From Lama guanicoe (taxonomy: Eukaryota): DNA of 64,000 nucleotides. The translations under genes were made by a program, and so were the position numbers. The first letter of the stretch is position 1. The number at the start of each line of letters is the position of its first letter. Positions 1 to 12,000 of this stretch are shown piece after piece. The notes under the pieces were generated by a model. It was not told the origin of the DNA and ran no database searches. It saw nothing but the letters and a program-made list of their open reading frames with translations. Location: contig MU053934.1 in the NCBI GenBank assembly GCA_013239625.1, positions 10,001,352 to 10,065,351 of the forward strand, given 5' to 3'.

Positions 1-1981
1 CCGTGCTTGTGTAAGACGGTAAACTTAATTGATAGACATCCCGTGCTCTGACTCCCCCGACTGCCGCTCCCCAGTCCCGCCCTCTCCTCGGGCCTCCCTA
101 GTCCCTGAGACACAACAATATTGAAAGTAGGCCAATTAACAACCTCCAATGGCTCCTAAGCATTCAAGTGAGAGTCCCGCGTCTCTCATTTTAAATCAAA
201 ATCTAGAAATGACTAAGCTTTGTGAGGCAGGCAGGCCGGAAGACAGAAGAGGCTGAAAGCCGGGCCTCCTGTGCCAGAGTCATCCAGGCTGTGGACGCAA
301 AGGAAAAGCTCCTGAGGGAAACTGAACGTGCTGCCCCAGCGAACACATGATGAGAAACGATAAGAGAGCGGAACAGCCTAATCGCTGACACGGAGAAAGT
401 CTGAGTGGTCTGGACAGGAGATCAAAGCAGCCCAACATCCCCCTAAGCCAAAGCCGAACCTGGGTGAGGCCCGAACTCCCTACAACTGTGTACAGGCTGA
501 GAGGTGAGGCCACTGCGGAGGGAAAATGTGAAGCCGGCAGAGGTGGGATCACGAGGGTTCGGGGAAGAAGTCTCACAACTCAGCGCAGGAGCAGCAGGTT
601 CTCCACAGGATGCAGCGCAGACCCCTCGTGAAGGCGGCCGCGCTCAGCCTCGCATTTTCAACGCAGACAAAACGGCCTCGTATTGGAAGATGCCGCCGAG
701 GACTTTGATAGCTGTAGAGAAGTCAGCACCTGGCTTCGAAGCTTCGAGGGACAGGCCGGCTCTCTCGTGAGGGGCTCACGCAGCTGGCGGCTTTCAGCTG
801 AAGCCAGTGCTCGTCGCCCATTCCGCAATCCCTAGGCCCTTACGGTTCACGCCAGACCCACTCTGCCTGCGCTCTAGAAAAGCACCGTCAAAGCCCGCTT
901 GTAACTACTTGTTAGCAACACGGTTTACTGAGTATCTGAAGCCCACTGTTGAGACCTACTGCTCAGTAAAAAAGATTCCTGTCAGATACGGCTGCTCGCT
1001 GGCAGCGCCTGGTCACTCAGGAGCTGATGGGCACGGCCAGTGAGATCCGTGTTCTCACGCCTGCAACACGACAGCCGTTCCACGGTGACGTCAACTTTCG
1101 AGTCTTATTCTTTAAGAAATACCTTTCGTGAGGTGGTGGCTGCCACGGACAGTGGCTTCTTTGATGGATCTGAGCAACGTCCACTGAGAACTTTCTGGAA
1201 AGGGCTCACCATTCCAGATGCGGCTAAAAACACTCGTGATTCACGGAAAAGGTAAAAATACCAACATTCACAGGAAGTTTGGAAGAAGTTGGTCCCCACC
1301 CGCACGGACGACTCTGAGGGGCTTAAGACGTCGGTGGAGGAAGTGACTGCAGACGTGGCGGAAACGGCAGGAGAGCAGAACTAGACGTGGAGCCGGAGAC
1401 GAGACTGAGCCGCCGCAGCCTCGGGAGGAGACGCGAACGGAGGAGGAGCTGCTGCTGACGGGTAAGGAAAGAGGGCGGCTTCTAGAGGTGGATTCTATCC
1501 CTGGTGAAGACGCCGGGAAGACTGTTGAAATGACCGAGAACCGTGCGTAAACTTAGCAGAGGAAGCAGCAGCCGGGTCCGAGAGGACTGACTCCAAATTT
1601 GAAAGAAGTTCCACTGAGGGTAACGTGCTGTCAAACAGCACTGCCTGCAACGGAGAAACTGCTCACGGAAGCTACTCGAGGTGGCAAACTTCACTGCTGT
1701 CTTATTTTAAGACGTTGCCACCGCCTCGCCAGCCTTCAGAACCTGCACCCTGACCGGCCAGCGGCCTCCCCAGCGGGGCCAGACCCGCCAGCAGCGAAGA
1801 TGGCCGCTTCCTGAAGGCTCGGGTGGTGGCCAGCATTTTTAAACCAAGCTGGGCACCGTTTTTACACATAATGCTATGCACGCTTACTACACGACAGCAT
1901 AGTGTGAATGTTGCTTTATTTTGCTAATTGCTTTCTTGAGGAGCTCTGGAACGGAACCCGAAGTATCTCCCCAGTGTGTCT
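1..1981 (+). mobile_element. Tigger1 (TcMar-Tigger DNA transposon), degenerate, cut by the window edge, in CERK intron 8
   Basis: Recognisable Tigger1 segments (ctgagacacaacaatattgaaa..., aagcccactgttgagacctactgctcag...), a transposase remnant RIFNADKTASYWKMPPRT, and a terminal segment ctggaacggaacccg...tatctcc. Many frameshifts. Confidence 0.9.
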
Positions 1982-2394
1982 AATAAATTTACCCAAGAGT
2001 AAACCACAGAGGGCAGCGACCAGGTAAATGACACTCATTAAACACAGCTAAGGAGTTCACCTGAGCAACAAGTGTCAAACTTTGAACCCTACACCCTTTC
2101 AAACTTCTTTTTTGCACTTAAGTGCTGAAAGAGTGACGCTGGACGTGACCTGAAACGTGCAGCCTGTCGCTTTTGTGTACCATCTGGATCGACTTCCATT
2201 TCTTCTTCGCTGCAGGTCTGGTCACACATGAGAGATGCCTGTGACCGAGGGTGGTGGTGGTCAGGGCGGCCGGCCCTGCCCCGTCGGCACCCAGGGACCC
2301 GTCGGCCCCACACGGCTTTGGTTCCCGTCCGTGAGCGGGGCCCAATCGCGAGCAGAGAGAGCACGGAAGCCCCCGGCCCGCACTTCTGAGTTAC

Positions 2395-2547
2395 CTGAGA
2401 AGTCGTATCTGACGAGCCCCATCCAGCGCTTCCTCTCGCTGTCCCTGATGATGTCCCCGTAGAAGCCGTACCCCAGCAAGGACACCGAGTACCGCAGCAG
2501 CGCGCCGTCGTGGTGCACGGAGGAGACGTCCATGGCCAGCGAGTCCC
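2395..2547 (-). CDS. CERK: Ceramide kinase exon 8 (gene continues beyond the left edge)
   Basis: Acceptor ctctcccgcag, donor G|GTAACT; 153 nt; encodes (G)DSLAMDVSSVHHDGALLRYSVSLLGYGFYGDIIRDSERKRWMGLVRYDFS. Confidence 0.98.
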
Positions 2548-3292
2548 CTGCGGGAGAGAGGCCTCGGGCTGGAAACCGCACCCCTCCACCCTCCTGCCGG
2601 CACGGAGGCAGTTACTTTAAACTGAAGTGTGAACTACGCAGAGGGCAGTCCCGGCAACTGTCTGTTCTCCTGGGGCGCCGGGGCTCCTGCTCGACTGAAA
2701 TTCCCAGGACAGGCTTGGAAGAGCTGTTCTGTTGAGGCCGGAAAAACAACGTGTCTGTGACGTTTGCTAAACGCCACTAACTGCAAGGAAGGTGGACTTG
2801 ACGATGAAGAAGAGGCACGTGGCATCTGACATGCAGCCTTGCCGGGAGTGTAGGTGACAGGTGAGCAGCACCGCCATCAGGGACGAGGGACGGGAGGGGA
2901 GCCACACGTCTGTCCCACAGGCACCTGGACAGCTCTGAGCAGTGTGGCCCGCAGCGTAATAGAGGGGCAGCGAGGGAGGGGTCTGGCTAGGAAGGCCCGA
3001 GTGGGGAGGAGGGCAGAGTGCAGGGGTCCTCCCCAGCACAGGGGACATCTGGCCAGTGCACGGGGACGCCGAGGACAGCTGGCCTGGGTGGGGGGTGCTG
3101 GCACCCCCGGACCCAGGGATGGGGCTCCGGAGGGCTCTGAGCAGCGCCTGTATTTCTGGAGGACCCACTGCTGGCTGTGGGAGGACGGGATGAGATGGGA
3201 GGCAGCAGCGAAGTGCTCAGAGTCCTGCTGGAGACGGCCGCCCGCGTGTCCCCGGGCTGAGCGAGCCGGCGGCGGGGCTGAGAGGCGCGTAC

Positions 3293-3367
3293 CCACGATG
3301 ATGTGCAGGGCGGACGTTTCCGCGTCGTTCGTGCCGACGGTGGAGTAGCACACACAGTCCGTCGACC
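3293..3367 (-). CDS. CERK: Ceramide kinase exon 7
   Basis: Acceptor ccctctgtag, donor G|GTACGC; 75 nt; encodes (G)STDCVCYSTVGTNDAETSALHIIV, completing the IIPAGSTD motif. Confidence 0.98.
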
Positions 3368-6300
3368 CTACAGAGGGGGAGAGGGTCCTGAGCACTGCTG
3401 AGTCGCTAAGGCGGTAGCCTGTTTCCAGTTCAGTGAGGAGGGGGGGCTCTGCTGTCTCGTCCACGGCCCGGAGTGAGAAGGAACAAATACAGTTTGCTAC
3501 AGAAGTAACCGCCGAGACCGACCCCGCGGAGACGGCAGCTGGCTCCGCGCACAGCTTCGGGAGACGGGGCCCACGCTCGGGGAGCGGAGCTGCGGGCACA
3601 CAGCTCGGCGCTCCGCACGGCGGCCCCACTCCCGGCCGCGACACGGGGCCCAGACCACAAGACCGAAGGGACTCCGCACAGAGACGCGGCCGGGTGGGGA
3701 AGCGCACACAGCAAGGACACCCGTGGGGAGCCTGCCGTGTGCTGGTGGGAGCCACTGCTGGGCACTGGGGCGCGGCGGCCGCCAGCCGCCAGTCGTGAGG
3801 GGCCGGCAGGGCCCTCCCTGAACCCCATGGGCTGGGCCCGGGGCTCAGCCTCCTCCTGCCCGCACCCTCATCTGTAATGCAGGGGTGACCCCAGAGCGCC
3901 CAGCTGGTGCTGGGACCCCCAGACGGGCTGGGCCTCCCTAGGCCTGTCCTGTTCTAACTGGGTCGGCGCCAGGTCCCCACCTGAGGGGCAGACTCTCCCA
4001 GGCGCTTATTCACAGCAGACCCCTGCGTCCGGCCCGGCCCAGACATTCCGACTCCGGAGGCCTGGGACGGGGCCAAGCAACGGAACTGCAGCACGCCTGC
4101 CGAACAGCTGAACACCTCAGTCTAGGTGTCCCACGAATAAACTGTATGACAGCGCCCAGAACTGCACAGCAAGCGTCCAGCGCACGAGCAGCGCGGCCCG
4201 AGATCCCCCAGGAAACCCCACGGCATCAACAGGTGAGGCTGCGCGGCCGCAGGCCCCACAACCTTCCACAAGTCCCTCGTCCTAGTGACGTCCGAAAGCC
4301 TCTGGTTCTAAACAGACTGATGCACGTCTGGGCAAGTGAGGGGTGGAGAGGGCCCCGGGTCCCCAGAGGTGGCAGAGGGGAGAGAGTTGGGCCGCGAGTC
4401 CGAGGCCCCCGGCCCTGCCGTCTGCCAGCTCGGGCCCTGCAGCGGGCTTTGCTCTGAGCTGGTTTTCATCAGAGCCGAGGGCACGGCACCCCCGCGGCAG
4501 GCAGGGGCTCAGACGAAGCACGTGGGCCCGAGGCAGGAGACACAAAGCATGGTGTCTTCCCAGAGACTTGCTAACACTACTGAGTTGACACCCAGTGGCC
4601 AGAGAGGTGAATTTATAAAACATCAGAATCGACTCTGAGCATCTGAAGTGGTGCCTTCAGGACGTGGGTTCAGCCCATTTCGGTCTCCAGTCACGCTCTG
4701 TCCAGAGGCACCACAGTCACCCCAAGGCCATCTAACACCGTCTATACCCCACAATCCTAACCTGCCGCCGACTGCTCCTCCTGGTGCCAGGGACCCCCTT
4801 CCACCCACTGGCTTCAGGGCCCCCGAGCCACACCTCCAGGGTCTCCACTGGGACTCTCGGCCCCCACACTGATTCCTCGCCTTGACCCCACGGGCTGTCA
4901 AGGCCAAGGTCACTGGGCCGCCCTTGAGGCCCCTCCCCCTCACACCCCCATCAGATTCGCCAGAAAGTCCTGTTGACGCTGCCTCTGAAACCATGCCTGA
5001 GCCACAGCCAGCCACACGCCCAGCGTCCACACCACAGCATGCCCCCAAGACTTGGGCAGCACCCCCACCCCCAGCTGCTCTAGAGCAGACAGCAGGGGTG
5101 GCCTTCCAGGGCAGTCAGACGTCCCCTCTGCCGACCAGCCTCTGAGACCTCCCCCCGCTGTGGCTCGTCCATGACCCTCGAGACTCCAGCCTGACCCAGG
5201 GCTTCCCTCCCGCCCCTCCGGCCCCCGCCCTGAGCTCACAGCTGGAGCGATGGCTGCCCTCTGCCCCAGCTGACCCTAGGCCTGGCCTCACTCTGCCTGG
5301 GCCCTCACCCATTACCTCTCAGAGGGGCCCTGGACTCCGTATTGGAAGAGGACCCTCCCGGCCCCTCACCCAAACCCACCTCCAGTGGCGTCTTTCCAGC
5401 AGCACGGCCACTATCGGAGATCCCTTCATGCCATGCGGGTCTGTGTGTCTGCTGAGCCTCAAGGCCCAGAACACACAAAGAACGAGTCCGTCCACCCCAG
5501 GGCACGGAGAAGAGGGCGTCTGCCCGCGAGCACCCCCAGCGTGGGGTCTGCGTGAGCTCTCGCGGTCTTTAACCACTTTAACAGCTTAGGGTTTTAGGTA
5601 TCAGTGCTACGTGGGCAAATGGTAATAAGAGGCATAAAGGAAACACAGATTAGAACGTAGAAAAACTTCACGTAGCCCAGAAGCCCCACGTACAAGCTTC
5701 ACAAACGGCAAAACCCTGACTCAGAGGAAAAGCTGGGAAGCACGACCCGCTTAGGGGACCATCCTCAGCCACACAGACGACACCCGGTCGGCCAAGTGGA
5801 GACAGACTTCCCGACGGGGGAGCAGCGCAGCCTCTGAGCCCCACTGCCCACGCCCTTGTGGGCAAACCTGCAGCCTCGCCCCAGCGCCCCGGAGCTTCAC
5901 CCAGATGACGGGGCAGAAGCACCATTCACAGCTGTCAGGACTCGTATGTTTGCCCGAGCGGCACCCACCAGGGTTCCTGCAGCTGCGGCCCTGACCTGGG
6001 GACACGGAAGGCGCCCCCTCCTGCTGAGTTGTTTGCAAAGCCCCAGCCTCACCCTCTACCTGGCTTAACACTGTGATTCTTCAAAGAACTAGGTGCTGCC
6101 TGGAGACACACGAAACACACCGAGCCAGCCGCCCCCTCGGACACGGCCAGCCCCCCGCCTCACTTACACCCTAGGCCCTCCTGCCCCAACCCCAGCTCCA
6201 GGTACAGTCAGTCCCAGGACGCCACCTGCTCCCCGGGCCCCCTTCTCCTCTGTGACAATTTACTGCCCCCACCACCACAAACGGCTGGTTCCTGGAGAGC

Positions 6301-6549
6301 AGGGACCGAGCCCCAGGGGCTGGCCTGAGCGGCTGGTGGGGCGCAGGCGTTCAGGGAGGACCGGCTCCTTCCCACAGGCAGCTGGGGTCCTCTAACTGGT
6401 CCGGAACCGGCCCTCAATGGAGTCTGCGACAGGTGTGCGGTGAGACACGTACACTTGAAAGGGATGACCCTGAAGGGCTAGCGGAGAATAGCCCCCCGAG
6501 CCCGCCCCTCCTCGGGCCGCCCAGCAAGCGCCCGCCTGCGCCTCCGCAC

Positions 6550-6695
6550 CTGCGGGGATGATGCCGATCCTCAGCGGGCTGGGCGCCAGCGCCGCGCGGG
6601 GCTGGTTCTGGTCCACGCCGGCGTCCCGCTGCGTCCTGCCCACCAGGCCGTGCAGGACCTCGCTGAACATGCCGTCGCCGCCCACACAGACGATG
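6550..6695 (-). CDS. CERK: Ceramide kinase exon 6 (ATP-binding GGDG motif)
   Basis: Acceptor cctccgcag, donor G|GTGCGG; 146 nt; encodes IVCVGGDGMFSEVLHGLVGRTQRDAGVDQNQPRAALAPSPLRIGIIPA. Confidence 0.98.
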
Positions 6696-7286
6696 CTGCG
6701 GAGGAACACTGGGTCAGGCCTGGCGCCACGCCGCGCCCTCGGAGGCCCCTCGGCCGGCACGGCCCCCCTCCCGCCTCCGCTCGCACCCCCTCCCTCGTCA
6801 GAGCTCTTCAGACCCTCCGTGTCTGTGCCCAAGCCCTGCAGGGAGAACCTAACGATTCTGCGTGGTCCAGGATCCCTGCTTTAAGGAAATACTGGGACAA
6901 CGGGCGAACCTGAGTAAGCACCCAGGTTGGTAACAGCGGGTGCCGGTGTTCACCTCCCGGGTTTGATCGCTGCGTTAAGTCCCGTAGGAGAATAGCCTCA
7001 CTTTTTTAGGAAATGCACACTGAAACACTCAGGGGCAAAGGCGATCATGTCTGTCACGTATTTTCAAGTGATGGGGGCAAAAATCCATAGGTAGGTAGTA
7101 AGAATGAAAAGGAAAACACGTGACTCTGAACTTGTCGGCCTTTCCTGAGTTTCAAGCAGAAGCACGTTTGCTTTCACAGCACGGGGGAAAAATGTAAGCA
7201 AAGGGAGTGAAGGAAACAAGGACAGATGAGTAAAGCTTGATCCGCATTTACCGTTTATCAGCCAAGATGGAAGGACACGCACTCAC

Positions 7287-7350
7287 CCGTCATACTTGTC
7301 TATACTGAGCTCATACAAGCTCTCCTTGGCGTGGTTGGCACGTTCGGTAA
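7287..7350 (-). CDS. CERK: Ceramide kinase exon 5
   Basis: Acceptor ccctccgtag, donor GG|GTGAGT; 64 nt; encodes (V)TERANHAKESLYELSIDKYD(G). Not in the ORF track; found by reading the sequence. Confidence 0.96.
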
Positions 7351-8456
7351 CTACGGAGGGAAAAACAACACTGCGTTGTGCAGTTTACGTTCAAAGCTGT
7401 AAATCCCACGTGAAATAAGAGGCGAATAAACCACGCTTCTAAAGCGAGGTCCTATAAAATCTTCAGGAGGGTTTCCTGCAAGAAACGCCTTCTCTGGTCT
7501 TACCCAGATCCTTTCCACGGAAAGGCTCCCTCACCCAGGGGGCCACGACCCTCAGAACATTCTACTGGTAGACGTCACGTTCCTGGCATTTAACTGCCCA
7601 AAAGTGACTTTCTGGAGATAGATTACATCTTTTATCTTACAGTTTTCCCTTCTTATCCAAGTCACTTTGAGAGTTTCAGACTATACCAAAACGCAGGAAC
7701 AGGAGAACGCCAGCGCATGGCCTCAGTGCTCCATGACAAACCCCCGAACTTCCCCCGCACACAGTTCTGCGTCCCTGTGCCCCCAGCGTTTTATCGTGTC
7801 ACCGTCTCCGTTTCATCATCACGGGTTCCTGTAAAGGCCATTTTAAAGAGCTGCTGCTGTTCCTCCAGATTCACTGCGGGGGTATCGTTATGCTTCCCGT
7901 CTGGAGGGGCGAGTGGTCTCCAGCGATTTGCTTTCACACAGTGTGACCGTGCACACCTGTGCGCACTGCTCTCTGCACGCAGCTGACTGCTTTTCTAGGG
8001 AAGTTTAGAAAGCTCTTAAGCCTGGGCAAAGCCCTCTCCGCTCCGAGGCTCTTGACCCGCACGGCCAAGCGGCTCTTCAGTGAATTGACATGAAACCCTC
8101 AAAGCTCTGGGGGGGGGAGGCCCTCTCCCAGCTGCCTCCCGGCACCAAGAACCTGCTCTGAGACTCGGCGCCGCCGCGGCACCGCGCCGTGTTCCTAAAG
8201 ACGTTACTCCTGAGCCCTACTCATCGCTGGTAACTCCTGCAAGAACTCCCTGCCCGGGACCTGTGTCCTCTGTCCTCCTGTGTTTCTCCAGCGCTTTGTA
8301 CACTGAGCCTTGGCTAGAGAAGTCTGCACTCTTTATCTTGTGTTCTTCTCATTCTGGTGTGCAAAAAAAATGCTGTTTTAAAATGATCTTATCCGTCAGG
8401 CTCTTCCCTGGCGCCCCTCTCCGAGGGGCTCAGGCAGGAGCGCGCGCCCAGCTCAC

Positions 8457-8582
8457 CGATGATCTCGGTGGAGACGGAGGCCAGCGTGAACAGCGGCGCC
8501 ACCTTCCGGTCGTAGATGCGCTTGCCTTGCCCCTTCCCGCCGAACGGGTTGATGAACACCAGCAAGTGCTTCGGTCTCGAGG
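8457..8582 (-). CDS. CERK: Ceramide kinase exon 4 (start of DAGK-like catalytic domain)
   Basis: Acceptor tcttgcag, donor G|GTGAGC; 126 nt; encodes (T)SRPKHLLVFINPFGGKGQGKRIYDRKVAPLFTLASVSTEII, containing the NPxGGKG motif of sphingosine/ceramide kinases. Confidence 0.98.
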
Positions 8583-9179
8583 CTGCAAGACAGCAGGGTA
8601 CATCACAGTGCACGTGAGGGGCAGTCAACACGATGACCTGAGCGACTGAACAGGGCCCCAGCCCTGGTGCTCCCAGAATTCGGCTCAGTGTCGTGTGGTG
8701 AAAGGCATTCTTGAGTTAAAGAACAGCGCACGGAGCTTCCTTATCCATGAAGAGACAACAGCGGCAGGCAGCACAGGCTGCCGGGCAGGGGCCTGGCCCC
8801 CCGGGAGGGGCGGTGAGGGCCCCGGGAACGCAGGATGCCGCCTGGGACAGACTCCGGACGAGGAGCCGGCAAGATGCAACTTCTGGAAGGCAGCAGCCTC
8901 ATTCTGCTCCATGTCAAGGGACTGGACCGCAGAGAACGAGAGACACAGACGTCCAGCATTAAGAGGGCAAGACAGATGGACAGGCACAGAGAGCGCTCGG
9001 CATGGAGACGCAGAGAGACAGAAGGACAGCGGGACAGCAGGCGGCCTCCCCGGCCCCAGTTCGCCTCCCACACCCGGGTCTCCTGAATTAGCCCTGTTCC
9101 TCGTAAGCTCCATGTTTCTGTCTGGGTCAGTTCAAGTACATTCTGACACTTAAAAACCAAATCTAACTAACACCTCGAT

Positions 9180-10575
9180 AAGAGTGGCGAAAAGGTACAG
9201 ACCCAAGAAAACAGACAGCCTAGGTCCACGCGGAGTCCTGCCCACCAGCACTCACCGCGGCACGACTCACAGCAGCCAGAACAGGCCCACCACCCGACGA
9301 CCGGGTACACGGACGTGGCCGAAGGAGTATTACTCAGCAGCAGAAAGGAACGAGCCACTGATACGCTTACCATGAGAAGAACTGTCAGGGCAGTGGTGCT
9401 GACAGAGGGGAGCTGATGCAGAACAGCTCCTCTTACTTGATTTCGCGCATGTGGCAGAACTAACACATGACAACAGTGACAAAAGGAAAAAGGAGAGAGA
9501 GAGTCAGACCGGTGCTTGTCTCCGGACCGGCTGGGAAGGCTCATGGGTGATGCCAGGCTCACAGGGGTTGGGTCACACGGGGACACGTGTGCTTCAAAAT
9601 TCGTTGATTTAAAGCTACGATCTGTCCCTGTCATCCCAACCATGTACACAGGTCAATTCCAAATGGACTGCAGCTCTGAACATGAGAGGTAAAACAGCTT
9701 GGAGGCGAACACATCTTCACGGCCTTGGCCTAACTAGGACACAGACCAACCACACAGTTAAAAAACAGACAAACTGAACTGCGTCAAGATTAACACTATC
9801 TGTTCATCAGCAGAACGAAGAGTGTGTGGAAGCACAAGCCACACAACGGGAGACGTTCAAAACTCCAAGACACGATTCAGATCCACAACATGTGAAGAGT
9901 CTCTGTGCGTCATGAAGGCAACCCAAGGGGAGATCGGACAGAAGACTTGGACAGACACCTCACAGGAGGATTTCCAAACGGCTCACGAACACAGCAGCAC
10001 ATTTCTCAACTCAACCAGCCGCTGGGGAAACGCAAATCAAAGCCACACCCGAGACTGCCAGCACCCACCAGAGTCTGGCCCCTGCTGGGGGGCGTGGCCC
10101 GGGACTCCCGGCGCGGGGGCAGTGTGGCCGCGTCCACTGAGGCTGAACACGCACCACTGGCCCAGCAACTCCCTCCCCAGGGGCCGCACCACGAGACATG
10201 GGCTAGAATGTTCGGAATGGCCACGCCAGGAAGCTGTCCAAATGCCCGTCAACAGTACAACGGCTGAGTAAGTGGCCAGACACTCCGCCCCTGGGACACG
10301 ATGCAGCCACGAGAGCAAGCCACCGACACCACGTGTGACCGTGTGGACGAGCTTCGTGCAAACCAGAATGAGAGTGTCTGCTGTGTGAGTGACTCACATG
10401 TGGAACTGAGTGCGCCCAGGGGTTTAGTCAGGGGACGGTCACCTCTGGGTGACTCCAGGGGGCAGGGGCCACGGGGGGCTGGCAGTATTATCCCTGGATT
10501 TGGGGCTCAGTGTGTGAGCTGCACACCCCGGGTCCAAGGACTTTCAGTAACTACGTTACCCCTCAATGAAACATG
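9180..10575 (+). mobile_element. Old L1 (L1M-type) ORF2-end / 3' UTR fragments
   Basis: Motifs gagtattactcagcagcagaaaggaacgag, tcaattccaaatggact, gggaaacgcaaatcaaagccaca; strongly GC-shifted. Confidence 0.7.
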
Positions 10576-11401
10576 AAGTAGTCACACAACTGGACTTAAA
10601 ATGACAGCGTGACTGAAAAAGCAGAATCGCACAGTATTTCCAGACACAGGCAGACTGCAGCAGGAGTACAACCGCACAGGTTTCTCTGTGAATTACACAG
10701 AAAAAGTAATGCCGCCATCGGCAGGAGGCAGCGCAGAGGACTCTCTTGGAGCCTGAATGGACGGCATCAGGCCGCGTCTACAGGCTGAGTCTCATGAAAA
10801 CCACGCGAGGGCAGGGGCGGAGAGCGCTGGTGAGGATGAGCAGGAAGGGTCTAGAGGAAGGGGGAGGAGGTGGCAGGGGAACTGGGGCACCTCCTGTCCA
10901 GACCTGGTCAGAAGTCCAGGAAGGCCAGCAGAGGCCGGGCGGCCGCGGCCCGGGACGTGCGCGGACAGCAGGACGCGCTGGGGAGGCAGCGCGCAGTGGG
11001 CGCCCGGCCCCTCCGCCCGGGTGCGACCCCAAAGACGGGCTTTTCCCAGCAAGGGAGTCTCACTGAAGCTGCGTGGGAAATGCGTGGGAACGTGGGAAAT
11101 TAATTTAAAAAGATGTAAAGCCAACCTAAACACACGTGCGTTCCCTCCTCTGGGTGAAGCCGGCACCGAGCTGCCGAGACCGTGTGTTAGGGCTGTCCCC
11201 AGACACGAGCCGGCGCTGCAGGCGCAGCCTGAGTGACAGACACCACCTCGTTACGCAGCAGGAACCCGCGGCCCAGACGTCCAGGCACACCCCGGCCCCC
11301 TGGTTTAATCCCCACAATCGCCCAGGGGGCAGGTATCCCCGCCCCACCTCCCGGGGAGACACCCAGCCTAGCGGCGCAGGCCTGGGGCGCCTCGCACGTA
11401 C

Positions 11402-11524
11402 TCAGTTTCGCCAGCAGCTCCCTGAGGGTCTGCAGCCACAGGTGGAGCAGCTGCTCGTCGGCACAGCAGAAGGTCACCTGCGCCCGCCTCCAGCGGTGCC
11501 TCCGGGCCCTCCTCACACGATGCA
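11402..11524 (-). CDS. CERK: Ceramide kinase exon 3 (basic loop and C-terminal helix of PH domain)
   Basis: Acceptor ctccgcgcag, donor A|GTACGT; 123 nt; encodes (V)HRVRRARRHRWRRAQVTFCCADEQLLHLWLQTLRELLAKL. Confidence 0.97.
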
Positions 11525-11886
11525 CTGCGCGGAGAGAACACGAGTGGGCTGGGCGCCCTGCGCCACAGCAAGCCCCAGGCCCACCCCCCGAAAACGCCCC
11601 AAGGGTCCCTCTTCTTCTGACTGGTTAGTAACTTCCCAAGTACACAGGGAAAGGATCCTACTTCTCAATTCTTTGAAGTCACGTAAAAAAAAAAAACCAA
11701 GAAAAAAAGATGAACAAAACACCAAATGAAAGTAGAACTTAAAAAAAAAGACACAAGGAAGTTTCCACAAAGACAAGCCAAGGACCCAACAAGTTTGTTA
11801 AGCCAAGGCTTGTTAAACAAGTCACCGCGAAGCCCCCTTTCCCGTCACCTGCACGGGGCCACTGACGAGCAACTAGGCCCCATCAC

Positions 11887-12000
11887 CTGTGAAGGCGTAG
11901 GGCTTTTCCATCTTCTGCCATTTCCCGCTGCTGTAGTGCTTCCCGTTAATGTCGGTTTCCTCCACGGTGATGATCTCGGAGATGGGCACAGAGCACGCAT
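11887..12000 (-). CDS. CERK: Ceramide kinase exon 2
   Basis: Acceptor tctttgcag, donor G|GTGATG; 114 nt; encodes (D)ACSVPISEIITVEETDINGKHYSSGKWQKMEKPYAFT. Confidence 0.97.

Noticed and set aside
149-1830. Possible domesticated TIGD1-like transposase gene
   Set aside because: Multiple frameshifts and stops, and the DET motif reads DKT; a fossil Tigger1.
2877-3755. 292-aa minus-strand ORF
   Set aside because: Only the 75-nt CERK exon 7 within it is real coding sequence; the rest is GC-rich intron lacking stops.
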